A DNA stretch of 36,512 nt from Methanomicrobiales archaeon (GTDB taxonomy: Archaea; Halobacteriota; Methanomicrobia; Methanomicrobiales; Methanospirillaceae), in assembly GCA_037137755.1 (NCBI GenBank), contig JBAXJR010000025.1, forward strand, positions 1 to 36,512. The letters are read 5' to 3'. Within the stretch, counting starts at the first letter, position 1. Each line of letters starts with the position of its first letter. A program made the position numbers and the translations under genes. The notes under the pieces were generated by a model. It saw only the letters and a program-made list of their open reading frames with translations. It made no database searches and had not been told where the DNA came from. This document shows, in pieces, positions 1-9,480 of the stretch.

Positions 1-52
1 ATCATGTCGGCCTTTCACGCCGACGACTGGGGTTCGAATCCCCATAGCAGCA
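1..52 (+). tRNA. tRNA-Glu(TTC), 5' part outside the window
   Basis: Anticodon arm GTCGGC-CTTTCAC-GCCGAC (TTC at 14-16), T arm TGGGG-TTCGAAT-CCCCA, acceptor strand TAGCAGC plus discriminator A, no encoded CCA, followed by a T-run. Confidence 0.93.
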
Positions 53-157
53 TACTGATTTTTTTATATTGCCGTGATCATACAGAATGTTCATCATTCA
101 ACCGGAATATGTGAATAACAGATAGTAAATGAACGTGGTATTTCCGGAGAAGATCCC

Positions 158-949
158 ATGAAGTATTCAGCTATGCTAGAATTATTACGGCAAAATCAGC
201 CTCTGGTCCATCACATTACCAATTACGTAACCGTGAATGACTGCGCAAACATTACCCTCTGCATTGGTGCATCACCGGTTATGTCTCATGCCCTGGAAGA
301 AGTAGAAGAGATGGTAAGCCACGCAGGGGCCCTTGTGCTGAATATCGGGACACTGGATCCAGACCAGGCAAAGTCAATGCTCCTTGCAGGCCATGCTGCA
401 AATAAGCTTGATATACCGGTCATAGTTGACCCTGTAGGAACAGGGGCCACCCGTTACCGGACGCATTTCATGTCACACCTGATTGATGAATTACAGATAT
501 CGATTATTAAAGGGAACGCAGGAGAGATTGGCATGCTTGCTGGTGCCGATGCACACGTTAAGGGCGTTGATTCTGGGGACGTGAAAGGTGACCTCTGTAA
601 TATTGCACAAATTTTTGCCTTAAAAACAGGAATTACCACGGTAATCAGTGGCCCCACAGACATCGTGAGTGACGGCAGTCAGGTCATCACCGTTGAAAAC
701 GGGCATCCCATGATGGGCAGGATATCAGGAACGGGTTGCATGCTAACCTCAATTATCGCTTCATTCGCGGCAATTGAACGGGACATGGCAGAAACTTCTG
801 CAGCATCACTTGCGGCATTCGGAATTGCAGGTGAACGGGCGGCATCCAATACTTCCGGCCCGGGATCTTTTAAAACAGCATTATTTGATCAACTGTCGTT
901 ACTCACCCCAGATGAACTTGCGCGCAATGCAAAATTCAGGAAGCAATGA
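158..949 (+). CDS. thiM: Hydroxyethylthiazole kinase
   Basis: PLVHHITNYVTVNDCAN, LNIGTL, DPVG, IIKGNAGEI and SGTGC motifs typical of ThiM. Confidence 0.96.
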   Translation: MKYSAMLELLRQNQPLVHHITNYVTVNDCANITLCIGASPVMSHALEEVEEMVSHAGALVLNIGTLDPDQAKSMLLAGHAANKLDIPVIVDPVGTGATRYRTHFMSHLIDELQISIIKGNAGEIGMLAGADAHVKGVDSGDVKGDLCNIAQIFALKTGITTVISGPTDIVSDGSQVITVENGHPMMGRISGTGCMLTSIIASFAAIERDMAETSAASLAAFGIAGERAASNTSGPGSFKTALFDQLSLLTPDELARNAKFRKQ

Positions 950-950
950 T

Positions 951-1586
951 ATGCCCTACGACCTGTATGTAATTACTGATGAAAAACTCCGAAAAGGCCT
1001 GACACACCAGCAGATTGCACAGGAAGCAGTTAACGGAGGTGCAGACGTTATCCAGCTCCGCGATAAGGGAATGTCAGGACGCGGATTATTCATTACCGCA
1101 TGTGAAATCAGGGATATTACCCGGATTGCCGGCGCTTTATTTATAGTAAATGATCGGATTGATATTGCCATCGCATCAGGTGCAGACGGAGTTCACCTGG
1201 GACAGGATGACCTGCCATTATTCGTGGCAAGACAACTCGCTCCCGGGGATTTTATAATTGGTATATCAGTTGGATCGGTTACCGAGGCGGTGAATGCTGA
1301 AGCAGGTGGGGCTGATTATGTCGCCGTCAGCCCGGTTTTTGGAACCGGTACAAAGCCGGATGCAGGACCGGGACATGGGATGGCCGTGGTCAGGGCAATC
1401 AGGAAAAACGTTTCAATCCCGGTAATAGGCATAGGTGGCATTACGAAAGAAAATGTCAGGGAGGTATTATTGTCAGGTGCTGACGGTATTGCAGTGGTAT
1501 CTGCCATTATAAGTTCGGAGGATATCACGAAAGCCTCGCAGGAATTAAAATCACTTATCAGGCACTCCAAACAAATCCGAATGTAA
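951..1586 (+). CDS. thiE: Thiamine-phosphate synthase
   Basis: LYVITD, IQLRDK, IVNDRIDIA, DGVHLGQDD, TGTK and IGGI motifs; ATG at 951 lies 1 nt after the thiM stop, so the ORF-track start at 774 is too long. Confidence 0.96.
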   Translation: MPYDLYVITDEKLRKGLTHQQIAQEAVNGGADVIQLRDKGMSGRGLFITACEIRDITRIAGALFIVNDRIDIAIASGADGVHLGQDDLPLFVARQLAPGDFIIGISVGSVTEAVNAEAGGADYVAVSPVFGTGTKPDAGPGHGMAVVRAIRKNVSIPVIGIGGITKENVREVLLSGADGIAVVSAIISSEDITKASQELKSLIRHSKQIRM

Positions 1587-1898
1587 TGCTGGTTTGATTG
1601 CATCTATAGTTACAGGACCGGTATTCTCCCGGATCATTTGATTCCAGCACTCCATGTAAAAGGAATAGGGTGTTAGGATCAGGCAAAGGTTCTATAAGGT
1701 GGCGCTTTATCCATTTCATTCACTTCGAAAACATTATTCTTTTCTCAAAATGAGTAACCTCCGGAAAAATCCATTTTTTTAAAAAAAAATAACTTTTTTA
1801 ACCTGGCCGGATGTGACCTGATTATCTTATCGTAAATCAGAAAAACAAACTCTCAATCCCGGTTAAATGGACACCGGTAATGTTGGGATATGAAAAAA

Positions 1899-2144
1899 CT
1901 AAATGGGAATGATTTTCCAGAACTGGTCAATAAAGAAACCTGTCGTATCGGCAAGTGCAACTATCAGGGGTCCCATGCCCTGTATCATCTGATCAACCAG
2001 CTGGAAAACAGCCCCTTTACGTTCAGTTATCATACTCTGGTCTGCCGAAATCATCATGGCGAGTGCAACGAGGACAAACATCGCAAGTAAGAGGATGATC
2101 ATCAGGATTGCTATATAGAATACCTCTCCGGACCTTACCCGCAT
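1899..2144 (-). CDS. Small hypothetical membrane protein
   Basis: 81 aa with a long hydrophobic N-terminal helix; AT-rich promoter-like DNA upstream. Confidence 0.5.
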   Translation of the reverse strand: MRVRSGEVFYIAILMIILLLAMFVLVALAMMISADQSMITERKGAVFQLVDQMIQGMGPLIVALADTTGFFIDQFWKIIPI

Positions 2145-2338
2145 CAGATTATTTTACCACACTATGAAAACTTAAATACTCTGATTCTGTTCCTGCCAGA
2201 TGTATGAAAATATGAAACAGGTTTCAATTTATCCGGTAATTTCATTCCCATTTATGCTATATTCATACCCGGAATTAAAAGTAATACCCAGGTCATTCTA
2301 TATAGTGCAATACATATCCGACCCTTTCCCGGACAGTA

Positions 2339-2539
2339 CTATGAAATATCAGTAGCTTTTCCCCGGGTTTCCATGATTAAAAAGACCAGAAGAATAGCTG
2401 AAACCCCTAGCACCGTTAAGGTAATAAAAAAACTTATCCAAAGCATAATTCCCTGCTGGTAAATAAATCCCGCCCAAAGCAACGCTACAAGTGATATCAG
2501 GGAATAGAAGACCCACCCCCTACTATCCATCACTTCCAT
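2339..2539 (-). CDS. Small hypothetical protein with two TM helices
   Basis: 66 aa, two clear hydrophobic segments and a charged tail. Confidence 0.55.
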   Translation of the reverse strand: MEVMDSRGWVFYSLISLVALLWAGFIYQQGIMLWISFFITLTVLGVSAILLVFLIMETRGKATDIS

Positions 2540-2708
2540 AAGTGACTGTGTTACTAACCAGTGTTACTTATAGGTTTCCCCTTGAAAAAAACGGCTGTCA
2601 TTTGTTAGCACTGCACCAAACAGAAGGTCTGGTGTGCCCGGGAGAAGAACTTTTACTCACTAAAACCATAAGATCTTAAACTATTATGGTATAATATCTG
2701 AAATCATT

Positions 2709-2909
2709 ATGATTGAGAAGGTTAAGGTCCCCCGGAAGGTCTATGATGAGCTCGCCCCCCTCAACAGGGAAGTTCATTATACGTTGGATTTCCAGAAAAT
2801 CATAAAAATGGCAGAAGGAAGGGGTTACCTGAAAGCTGCGGCATGGTTACAAAATCACGAAGAGGAATATAAACGTGGGTTCACGCATGGTTTTGAACCG
2901 GTCGATTAA
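2709..2909 (+). CDS. Small hypothetical protein, DUF5049-like
   Basis: KVKVP...KMAEGRGY..AAAWL..H.EEY.RG...GFEP recalls DUF5049 (recognition from memory only); T/A-rich flanks. Confidence 0.6.
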   Translation: MIEKVKVPRKVYDELAPLNREVHYTLDFQKIIKMAEGRGYLKAAAWLQNHEEEYKRGFTHGFEPVD

Positions 2910-3018
2910 AAAAACCATTGTAAGCTGGATGGTCCTTTCGACATATTTTTCTGCCAGATTACCCCGGTGTGATTCAAAAGAATAATGCTTTTTCATCTGA
3001 CCCCCTACAATAGTGATT

Positions 3019-3753
3019 ATGAAAATTTCGAACCCGTTAGTTTTTTTATGTATCCTGGTGCTTGCAGGATTACTGCTTATTATTCCGGTGTCTGCAGCAG
3101 GTCTGACCACTGATATGAGCAAGCCAACACTCACGGCGTCTGTTTCTCCATCGGCACCAAAAGTTGGAGATACGGTCGTTATCAGTGGAACGGCAACTGG
3201 TGGAAACCTAACACCCGGGGTCAGTTTGTGGATTTTCGCAGGTAATTATGTTAATATTTCTAATGTACCGGTCAATGCCAGCGGATTCTACACCACGAGT
3301 GTGAATACGGCTGGATTACCACCTGCCTATTACTATATTTTTGTCCAGCACCCTGGTTCGGATAACAAGTTCAATATTAATGTTAAGGGATATTCAGGAG
3401 AAGTTATGAACACAAACACCGGAACAGTAATCTTCAATTTCACGGGTACCGGGAGTGTAAATGACAATGCCGCGGCAATAGCCCTCTCAAATGCATTTAA
3501 TGCAATTGGTGTGGATGATATATTTTCAAAAACCGGGGTCGAACTCCTTCCCGGTGTTGCCAGCATAAATGCCACGATGACAAGACCGGCTACCACCGTA
3601 GTTGCTAACACAAATCCTACTAATCCTGTGACTACGGGGGTCGCAACAACCTCTGCAATACCTTCTGCTACCAAAGCTCCACTTTCAATAATTTCGTCCG
3701 TTCTTGGAATAGGGCTTGTAGGAATTGGGATGGCTTTCCTGCGGAGAGATTAA
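3019..3753 (+). CDS. Secreted cell-surface glycoprotein related to Methanomicrobiales S-layer domains, with C-terminal membrane anchor
   Basis: Signal peptide ending PVSA; GTATG...WIF.GNY...FVQHP...A.AL..A.N...VDD core; several N-x-S/T sequons; Thr-rich linker; TKAPLS + TM + RRD tail. Confidence 0.8.
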   Translation: MKISNPLVFLCILVLAGLLLIIPVSAAGLTTDMSKPTLTASVSPSAPKVGDTVVISGTATGGNLTPGVSLWIFAGNYVNISNVPVNASGFYTTSVNTAGLPPAYYYIFVQHPGSDNKFNINVKGYSGEVMNTNTGTVIFNFTGTGSVNDNAAAIALSNAFNAIGVDDIFSKTGVELLPGVASINATMTRPATTVVANTNPTNPVTTGVATTSAIPSATKAPLSIISSVLGIGLVGIGMAFLRRD

Positions 3754-4034
3754 CACCCAGTTGCATCTTTTTTTGTATCGTGTGCTGATACAGCAAATCG
3801 TTTCACTCCATCCATTAGGGATGAAAATCTCGTGGATGATAATTAAAACGGTTTGTGAACCTGGTCTTAATGGATATTTTGGCTGGTTCAGGTATACAAA
3901 CCCGACGAAAACGCCCAGAAATTATACAATTTCTGTTCATCAATACCCGGACTTTTAAAGAGTGTTGTAATGGTGGAACACTTGCCAGAGAACAGGTAAC
4001 CACGGGATTGTTTTTGAACAAAAACAGAGAGGGT

Positions 4035-4340
4035 TTACCATTGGAATGGGTTTGAGGGAGTATATGCCTTTCCGTTGATGAGAAAACCCGGTGCACTGCT
4101 GGAAAACGTAGGCCGGGAAAACGGTATTGCATTCCCGCGATATAACACCGGACTTGTGGTAATACTACCTGAAAAGGAGGGCAGGGAATACTGGAAGGAA
4201 CTTGATGGGAGAATAACAACGAAACCCGGATGGCATGTGGAGGCCGAAACCGGTAAAGCCATGAATACCAGTACAATGAGAATTGCAACAGGTATCGCAC
4301 CTGCTCTACAACTCAGTAATTTCAATGCATTTATTTTCAT
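4035..4340 (-). CDS. Putative small secreted Ser/Pro-rich protein
   Basis: Signal-peptide-like VAILIVLVFMALPVSA followed by a low-complexity mature part. Confidence 0.5.
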   Translation of the reverse strand: MKINALKLLSCRAGAIPVAILIVLVFMALPVSASTCHPGFVVILPSSSFQYSLPSFSGSITTSPVLYRGNAIPFSRPTFSSSAPGFLINGKAYTPSNPFQW

Positions 4341-4930
4341 TAACTTCCACCTTGATTATATTTCATACGTTTATGGTGAATAGTAAATAACCTTGAATCC
4401 TGCGAAAAATAGGTCTCCGGGCCTTCCCAGTGCAGGTAATTTTCACAGGTCAGTATTCCTGTAATTGTCCCTGAAATTTCATTTGTTATTTATAATGGCC
4501 CTGAATTTTGAAACAGTGGATTTATCCCGAAAAGGCTAAAAATTATAAAACAGACGGCAATAATTTTTTATTAGCGCCCCGGCCGGGTCTACCTGTGAAG
4601 AGTTGAAATCTCTTCCAATTTGTTTTTCTTTTGTCATAATGGCCTATCTCCTTTGAGGATTATCTAGATTTTATCCCCCCGCGGATTTATAATTAACGAT
4701 AGAAATAGCAGTATTTTGCTATTGTGTCCGTAAGAATTTCTAGCAAATAATGGAGTGTGATAGAATTTTGAATCATGAGGATCAATCTCCTAAAAGATGC
4801 GTTCTTTTCAAGATCGATACGGGAAGTAGAAGACCGATTATGTAATTAATTGCGGTCTTAATCAAGATTATTTTCCAGAAATCTCCCCATCAGCAAGCTT
4901 TATGTATACTAACACTTTGGAGTTTGCTGT

Positions 4931-5275
4931 ATGTCTAAGACCATACAGGAGCCCGTCGATATGACGGACTCATATGAAATCCTCCTGACCTGTAAAAGGT
5001 CAGGAGAAGGCAGGTACACATGCCAAAGGATCTTTAAGATCCCGGCTGATGTATCAGTTCACCCCTTCAATAAGGATGAAGTGAGAGTCTCTGCCCATGA
5101 ACCGCCCAAAGACATCGATTCCGACATGGATCTGGAGAATCTTGCCATTCTCGATGATGATCTTGAATCCAAGGACGCACCGATCGATTATCCAGAATCT
5201 GGCGAGGGAGATACCGATCAAGAGGATCGATGTTTAGAGAAACACTGTGGGACTATTAAATCCCATAGGAAGTAG
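4931..5275 (+). CDS. Hypothetical protein with acidic C-terminal half
   Basis: 114 aa ORF; TATA-like TTTATGTA about 30 nt upstream; no competing ORF. Confidence 0.65.
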   Translation: MSKTIQEPVDMTDSYEILLTCKRSGEGRYTCQRIFKIPADVSVHPFNKDEVRVSAHEPPKDIDSDMDLENLAILDDDLESKDAPIDYPESGEGDTDQEDRCLEKHCGTIKSHRK

Positions 5276-5470
5276 GAGTAATCCCCTTCCTACTTCACCT
5301 TCAAATACGTGTTTATTGCGGATGCAAAACAAGGACTTCCTTTTTAAAAATTTCCTTTTATAGAGGAAAGAGGGGTTGGAGATAATAGCAAATGATTATT
5401 GACACAATGAATCAGTGTCCTACTGCGGATTAAAGTAATCAATAGAAGGTTTAGATGGAACAAGATATAT

Positions 5471-5610
5471 GGATAAAATCGTTGTAAAAGCGAGGGGAAG
5501 TTACCGAAGGAAAAAAAGGGCCAATCTGGCCTCAAATAACGAACGGAGGCAAAAACAGTAGGGTGGGGAGGGGTAATATTACCCTATTAGCTGGGTTTTT
5601 AATAATTTGG
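5471..5610 (+). repeat. Diverged relic of the 3' end of the basic ORF (10794-11015) plus downstream palindrome
   Basis: Encodes DKIVVKARGSYRRKKRANLASNNE versus DKIAVNSRIRYQRRKEANPGDLDE; continues GAACGGAGGC...GGGAGGGGTAATATTACCC, which is shared with 34593-34637. Confidence 0.75.
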
Positions 5611-5910
5611 GGAGATTTTGGATTTTTTGTGTATTGGGCAGGATCAAGCCGAGCAATGCAAAAAAGTTCGCAATGCTTGCCCAGAAATTATAATTTATTT
5701 ACGAAGTGTCCACTTTTCCAGGAGATATCTACTGGAAACAAATCCGATAATTTATTGCGTATTCAGGTAACCAATCGTATAAATATTGCTTCATTGGAGT
5801 TGGTACCAAATGAGACGGAATTAAAAAAATCGGGGAAAAGAAAAAACAAACATGATTGGACCGAATCAAGAAGAAATAAGGATAAGCCATATCAGAACTG
5901 ATGAACACCC

Positions 5911-6489
5911 ATGGATTTCTTTAATTCGGCATACAAAGGCACACCCCCCTGGGATATTGGCCGGCCCCAGAAAGAAGTCATAGATCTGGTCAGGAGAGGA
6001 GAAATAACAGGCTCTGTCCTGGACATAGGATGCGGAACCGGGGAGCATGCCCTCTTCTTTGCTGCCGAGGGTCATGAAGTATGGGGGATCGACTCTGCCC
6101 CCCGGGCGATTGAAAAGGCTAAGGAGAAATCTGCCGAACGGGGGCTCCAGGTGCAATTTCGAGTCCTTAATGCACTGGATCTTCCTAAACTCGGCAGGAC
6201 ATTTGATACCGCAACCGATTCAGGACTCTTCCATACATTGTCCGATAAAGACCGTCCGGTCTTCGTGGAAAACCTCGCAGCAGTCCTTTCCACGGGCGGG
6301 AAATACTTCATGCTCTGTTTCAGCGATCTGGAGCCCGCCGGATATGGTCCGAGAAGAGTAACAAAGGAGGAGATCCGGGATAGTTTTGGGAATGGCTGGT
6401 CCGTCAATTACATCAGACCGGCAGTCTTCGAAAGCCGGACCCGGACCGAAGGGCCCCGTGCCTGGCTCTCGTCAATATCAAAAAAATGA
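5911..6489 (+). CDS. Class I SAM-dependent methyltransferase
   Basis: PPWDIGRPQ N-terminus, VLDIGCGTG motif I, GIDS and FDTATDSGLFH. Confidence 0.92.
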   Translation: MDFFNSAYKGTPPWDIGRPQKEVIDLVRRGEITGSVLDIGCGTGEHALFFAAEGHEVWGIDSAPRAIEKAKEKSAERGLQVQFRVLNALDLPKLGRTFDTATDSGLFHTLSDKDRPVFVENLAAVLSTGGKYFMLCFSDLEPAGYGPRRVTKEEIRDSFGNGWSVNYIRPAVFESRTRTEGPRAWLSSISKK

Positions 6490-6776
6490 ACAAAAATCAT
6501 CAGGACCGCTTCAAATACGGCTGCAAATAATAGGAGATTGCGTTATTCCTGCAGATAAACGAGATCACCCTGCAGGAAAATTGTAATTTTTTTTAACCTG
6601 AATTGTCCTTTTTAGTAGCAAGATCATCACTTTATATCGGGAAAATATACAACCTGTTGGTAACTGATCTTAGTCTGTCAGATACCATCCTAAACAAACA
6701 CAAGAGTTCAGTTGGGGGGGCCAGTCACCCCAAAGGCCCCCTTTATCAAAGAAAAGAAGCTTTTTTCGGATTATTT

Positions 6777-6857
6777 TCACCCCGCCGCACACACTTCAGC
6801 CACCTTCACCGCTGCATACCACAACGTAATCCCTTTTATCCGGCCATTGCCGACATC
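6777..6857 (-). pseudogene. Relic of the 3' end of an orc1/cdc6 paralog
   Basis: Minus strand reads GNGRIKGITLWYAAVKVAEVCAAG* versus GNGRTKGIALRYAAVKVAEACAVG* at the end of 9481-10611; 19/24 aa and 60/75 nt identical by hand alignment. Confidence 0.88.
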
Positions 6858-7020
6858 AAATTCAGTCCGATTTCTATCAAAGGAATAACTCAATAAAAAA
6901 AGATACATTTATCGATCAGGATACCCTAAAACCAACTTATATCAAATATTCAGGGAAATCCTCCAATCCTGGGAAACTGCTTCGAACACGATAAACAAGT
7001 TCATTAAAGTCCCGTTCAGC

Positions 7021-7515
7021 ATGAAGAAAGTCTGTGCATTCTGTGGCGTTATTATCAATCCCGGTTCCTCTCCGACAGCCCCGGTCAGCCATGGGGTATG
7101 TAAATCCTGTTACTCGGGAATTATGAGGCAGTTCGGGTTCAATGTTGAGAAATACCTTAATATGCTCGACGCACCGGTATTTCTCGTCGACTCTGATGTG
7201 AATGTCCTTGCTGCAAATTCTCTTGCAATAGCGGCAGTCGGCAAACCCGCTGCGCAGGTTCATGGTAACATCTGTGGGGATGTCATTGAATGTGTTAATA
7301 CGTTTCTTCCGGAAGGATGCGGAAAGACTCCGTTCTGCCCGGATTGTACGATACGGTCCTCGGTGAACGAGACCTTCAAAACAGGGAAACCGATTACGGG
7401 CCGTCCTGCCGAGGTAACTCAGAAGGTAGGGGATAGGGGGAAAAATACACACCTTCTCGTAACAACGCGTAAATCTGGTGATGTAGTCCTTTTACGGCTG
7501 GAATTTGATAAATAA
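7021..7515 (+). CDS. Zn-finger plus Cys-rich PAS-like protein
   Basis: N-terminal CxxC...SHGVCxxC; PAS-type start LNMLDAPVFLVDSDVNVLAAN; CGDVIEC...GCGKTPFCPDC cluster. Confidence 0.8.
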   Translation: MKKVCAFCGVIINPGSSPTAPVSHGVCKSCYSGIMRQFGFNVEKYLNMLDAPVFLVDSDVNVLAANSLAIAAVGKPAAQVHGNICGDVIECVNTFLPEGCGKTPFCPDCTIRSSVNETFKTGKPITGRPAEVTQKVGDRGKNTHLLVTTRKSGDVVLLRLEFDK

Positions 7516-7738
7516 TTATTTTGCACGTTGTTTATTACCCCGTAAGTCAACTGAAGAAAAGTAAAAGCACAATCCGTCCCAGGGTTCGATTACGGCAGAT
7601 GAAAAATCACCGATCATCCGATATTTAACCCGACATAACAAATAAAAAAAGTTATATCCCCAATAACGAATTCTGATAGTATTGTCGGGAAATCTGTCTG
7701 GATATCCCAAGAAGACGTGTTAATGGGAGATAATTTGT

Positions 7739-9409
7739 ATGGTTTTTGATGTCCGGACCCTGCTTCTCATCAATTTCATTGTAAATGTCCTGAGTGCCGG
7801 GACCATGGCGGTCATCTGGTACCAGTACCGCAACCGTTTTTCCGGGTTGTCATTCATTCTGGCGGATTTAATCATGAGTGCTATCGGTGTAGGTCTCCTG
7901 GTAATTCGTCAGAATGTACCAGAGGCTATTGCCATTATTCTCGGGAACGGCCTGATGCTTGTTGGGTTGTTTCTTCTTTTTGTCGGTCTTGAGGAGTTTG
8001 TCAATCAGAAAGGTCCCCAAATCCAGAATTATTTTCTGTTGCTGTTCTATTTCGTATCAGTAACGTACTTTACCGTCATCCAGAATAACCTCTGGTACCG
8101 CGAGCTGATTCTCGCGGGGATGATCGTCCTTCTTGACCTTCAGATCTGCTGGCTTCTCTTCCAGAGGACTACCCCTGTCCTCCGTCCGGCAACCCGTATC
8201 CTCGGGCTGGTCATGGGATGCCATCTTGTCTTCAGTTTCATCATATTAGCGCTGGAAATCATATTTCCGTTTGATACCAACAATTTTTTCAGCGTGGGAT
8301 TTGTCGGAGAGATCATCGTCACCACGTACCTGCTGCTGAATATCTGGATTATTATTGCCCTGGTGATGATGGTCACCCGCCGCCTGCTTGGCGAAGTTAT
8401 GGCCCAGGAAGAGAAATTTACCAAGGCGTTCCATTCAGCACCCTATGCCCTGATTCTTACGAAGATGTCTGATGGGATCATCTTTGAAGCGAACGAGGGC
8501 TTCACGAAAATTACCGGGTATACCCTCGGAGAAGTTATCGGGAAATCAACACGTGATCTTTCCTTCTGGGCACGCGATGAGGACCGGAACGCAATAATCA
8601 ACAGGGTATCGGGGGAAACGGCGGAGGGAGTTGAAATTCAGTTTCGTCAGAAGTCAGGAGAGCTTAAGACCGGGCTCCTTTCTGCCGAGACGATTATGAT
8701 TCATGAGGAAGCTTGCATCCTCGCAAGTATCAGTGATATCACCGAACGCAAAGCTTCAGAAGCTGCAATCCGTCAGGCAAACAAGAAATTAAACCTCCTC
8801 TCAAGCATTACCCGTCACGATATCAACAACCAGCTTACCGTGCTGATGGGTTTCCTTTCAATCCTTGAGACAAAGCAGACTGATCCCGGCAACAAAGATT
8901 ACTTCGAAAAGGCTGAAACAGCTGCTGAACAGATTTCGACGATGATCAGTTTTACCAAACAGTATGAAGAAATAGGTATCAACGCCCCTGCCTGGCATAA
9001 CTGTCATGTACTCATAGATAATGCAGCTAAAGAAGTCCCGCTTGGAAATGTAAGGGTTGAAAATAATATTCCTGCCGGAACAGAAATATTCGCCGATCCG
9101 CTTATCGTAAAGGTCTGTTACAACCTGATAGACAATGCATTGAGACATGGGGGAGAAATCACAACGATCAGGTTCTCCGTTGAGGCATGCCACAGCGGTC
9201 ATATACTCATCTGTTCAGATGATGGTGCAGGTGTCAGCCTGAAGGAGAAGGAGAAGATTTTCGAACGGGGATTTGGGAAGAATACCGGTATGGGGTTGTT
9301 CCTTGCCCGCGAGATCCTCTCCATCACCGGCATCACCATCCGTGAAACAGGTGAGCCAGGCAAAGGGGCACGGTTTGAGATAACGGTTCCGAAAGAGATG
9401 TACCGGTAA
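7739..9409 (+). CDS. Membrane-bound PAS sensor histidine kinase
   Basis: About 7 N-terminal TM helices, PAS/PAC, H-box ITRHDINNQL, N-box NLIDNALRHG, DDGAG and GFGKNTGMGL. Confidence 0.93.
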   Translation: MVFDVRTLLLINFIVNVLSAGTMAVIWYQYRNRFSGLSFILADLIMSAIGVGLLVIRQNVPEAIAIILGNGLMLVGLFLLFVGLEEFVNQKGPQIQNYFLLLFYFVSVTYFTVIQNNLWYRELILAGMIVLLDLQICWLLFQRTTPVLRPATRILGLVMGCHLVFSFIILALEIIFPFDTNNFFSVGFVGEIIVTTYLLLNIWIIIALVMMVTRRLLGEVMAQEEKFTKAFHSAPYALILTKMSDGIIFEANEGFTKITGYTLGEVIGKSTRDLSFWARDEDRNAIINRVSGETAEGVEIQFRQKSGELKTGLLSAETIMIHEEACILASISDITERKASEAAIRQANKKLNLLSSITRHDINNQLTVLMGFLSILETKQTDPGNKDYFEKAETAAEQISTMISFTKQYEEIGINAPAWHNCHVLIDNAAKEVPLGNVRVENNIPAGTEIFADPLIVKVCYNLIDNALRHGGEITTIRFSVEACHSGHILICSDDGAGVSLKEKEKIFERGFGKNTGMGLFLAREILSITGITIRETGEPGKGARFEITVPKEMYR

Positions 9410-9480
9410 TTTCCCCAGGCCACCGTGATTTTGTTTTCGTATTTAATTAAGAATAATAAGGAAAAGGTAATATCCCCAGG

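Noticed and set aside
1-52. tRNA-Glu as attachment site of an integrated element
   Set aside because: I saw no duplicate of the tRNA 3' end and no integrase in the window, and housekeeping thiM-thiE follow directly.
53-157. TPP riboswitch upstream of thiM
   Set aside because: The region is short and AT-rich with no CTGAGA...ACCTG core.
774-950. N-terminal extension of thiE
   Set aside because: It overlaps thiM out of frame; ThiE homology starts at ATG 951.
9245-9409. Nucleotide similarity with 26755-26917 as a mobile repeat
   Set aside because: It reflects ordinary paralogy of conserved HATPase C-termini.
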